Positions 62,074 through 64,000 of a stretch of DNA of 64,000 nt are shown one piece after another. Made by a program: the position numbers and the translations under genes. Source of the stretch: Podarcis filfolensis. Its lineage: Eukaryota. Location: assembly GCA_964270895.1 (NCBI GenBank), contig OZ185438.1; one strand, written 5' to 3'. The notes below the pieces were generated by a model, which saw nothing but the letters and a program-made list of their open reading frames with translations, made no database searches and had not been told where the DNA came from. Numbering within the stretch: the stretch's first letter is position 1; each line of letters starts with the position of its first letter.

Positions 62074-63907
62074 TTAATTATACACATCACTGTATTAACC
62101 TGGTGTCATATAAACAGCTCATTGTATTAACCTGATATCACATAAACAGTTAAAAGAATCTGTGGGCCAATTCCTGTTCACCATAAAGCTTCTCAGATAT
62201 AAAAATAAGCCATGGTATGTCATTACAAGAACATAACATAAAATATATACCGTAAGTTGCTATAAGTTTGCATGTGAAATCAGACTATTTTACGTATTTA
62301 TGAAATTTACAGAGGAATTCTATACATGTTTACTGAAAAGCAATATTACTCCCAGGAAAGAGTTGAAAAGGTTGCCACCAAGGAGAGACTCAGTAAAAAC
62401 AGTAGCCACAGAATACTCATCTCCAAACTAGATAAAAGGTCACCAAGAGAAGGCAATATTTGAATGAGCATTTTTTAAAGCCAAAAGAATGCAAATATAT
62501 ATGTAGGCAGATATATATGAAAGGAAATGAGAAATTACCAAATATTGTTTGTGTGTTTGATTATGGTTTGTATGTTAGTTTTAATGCTGTTGAAATTCCC
62601 CTAAGGCCAGGGGTGGGAAGCTAGATCTGGCTGGTAGAACAGAACCTTATTCCTCATACCCCTTGTGGGCCAAACTTGACAGGGGTTTTGGGGGACGGGA
62701 CGGGGGAACAACACCTGTCAATCATTGAACGGCACATCATCAGGTGATGGCAGCACTTCAAAGAGCTGAGCAGAGCTATCTGGAGCTGACTTCTGCAGAA
62801 AAATTGAACTGAGCACCTACCAACTGGCAGTGCTCAGTTCCAGCTCCACTTGGCTGTACTATTGAATTCATCATGTGGAAGTTAGCAGTGCTGCAGATTC
62901 CAGGAAGCTAGAAGTGAGCATCTGCCAGCTGGTATGTGCTTAGGTGAGAGACTCAATAGCACAGCTGATTCCAGCTGGGTTGCTCTCACTGCCAATAAGC
63001 TGGCTACACTTTGGCAAGGGAGGCTTGCTGTCACTGCCAATCAGGAACACACTTTAAGTCTCCCAGTTGTGCACTGGGAGCCACATCTGCACCTACCCCT
63101 CCTCCAACATCATATATAACATCAGGTGTGTTCTAGGGTAATAAAAGACATTCTAAACAATAATTTGAGCCTGCCAATTCTTCAAAGTACATCAGTTCCG
63201 TTTCTACCATTTTCCACGCTTCATAGGTTGGTCTTGTCTGCTTTGTTAATGCCATCTTTGCTTTTTTCCCCCACACTGCAGAAACTGAAGCAATGCAAAA
63301 AGAGCCAAACACGAACCATTATGGACAGACATTTGATTTCTCCTTTTAATCAAGAGTAATTTGATTGCCATTATACTTAAGATACTTTCTAAATGAAGTG
63401 TATGTTAACACTAATATATATCGAACCTGCCCTTCATCATAATGGATCCCAGGGCATGTTGATTTCTAACTAATGCTATCAGAGCCTGGAGTATGTGTGT
63501 GATCCACTACAACTCCACAAACCTTTTATAGGACTGTATGCTCTTTCGAAAAGGGTGGGCAGAAACATGGGGGGGGGGGTACTGTTCTTTGTACATAAGC
63601 AACCAAGACCAGTTATTCAATGATTAAATACATAAAACTTTTCAGAAAAAGTAGACCAATGGTTATTGGAAAGGTTCATAGTTTCCTTTAAAATGTACAT
63701 TTAAAAAACCTGCACATGTGCAGCAGATAAAAGTTTTAATAACTACAGCTTATGAGCAAATTGCAAAGACTTCTAGTCTCTGGTACAAAATATAGTTAAT
63801 ACATTTAGAAGTAGAATCAGCAACAGAATGCTACTGCATATTATAACCTTCTGGAAGCCTGCAGCTGACACAGCAATTGGGCCTGCATTGGGCTCAATGC
63901 TATAATG

Positions 63908-64000
63908 CAGGGGTCAGCAAACTTTTTCTGCAGGAGGCCGGACCACTGTCCCTCAGACCTTGTGGGAGGCCAGACTATATTTTTTTTTTGGGGGGGGGGG
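63908..64000. mobile_element. hAT non-autonomous element, cut by the window edge
   Basis: CAGGGGTCAGCAAACTTTTT start is the reverse complement of the right end of 28805-29127. Confidence 0.75.

Overview
Eukaryotic (vertebrate) genomic DNA from a squamate, most likely a lacertid lizard, judging by the Sauria, Squam2 and Squam3-type SINEs and BovB. The window holds the conserved CARS2 - ING1 - ANKRD10 block (same order as human 13q34, from established knowledge). CARS2 (mitochondrial cysteinyl-tRNA synthetase) is on the minus strand: coding exons 1-8 lie at 11712 down to 2493 and the rest is left of the window. ING1 is complete on the plus strand (17540-17675 + 22656-23359, 279 aa, PHD finger) and is head-to-head with CARS2 across CpG islands. 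ANKRD10 is on the minus strand: exons 2-6 lie at 62037 down to 43414 and exon 1 is right of the window. Exon boundaries were read by hand from GT/AG sites and keep the reading frame. Introns and the ING1-ANKRD10 intergenic region carry many SINEs, LINE 3' ends (L1-like, L2, CR1, BovB), Tc1/mariner and hAT MITEs and solo LTRs. There is one 236-nt assembly gap. No prokaryote-type system, CRISPR array, rRNA or true tRNA gene was seen. The most interesting signals are: an in-frame read-through alternative C-terminus and several candidate poison exons in ANKRD10; an internal CCAAT-rich ING1 promoter plus loss of the human p24 start Met; and a hAT MITE carrying TTAGGG-containing, G-quadruplex-prone repeats.
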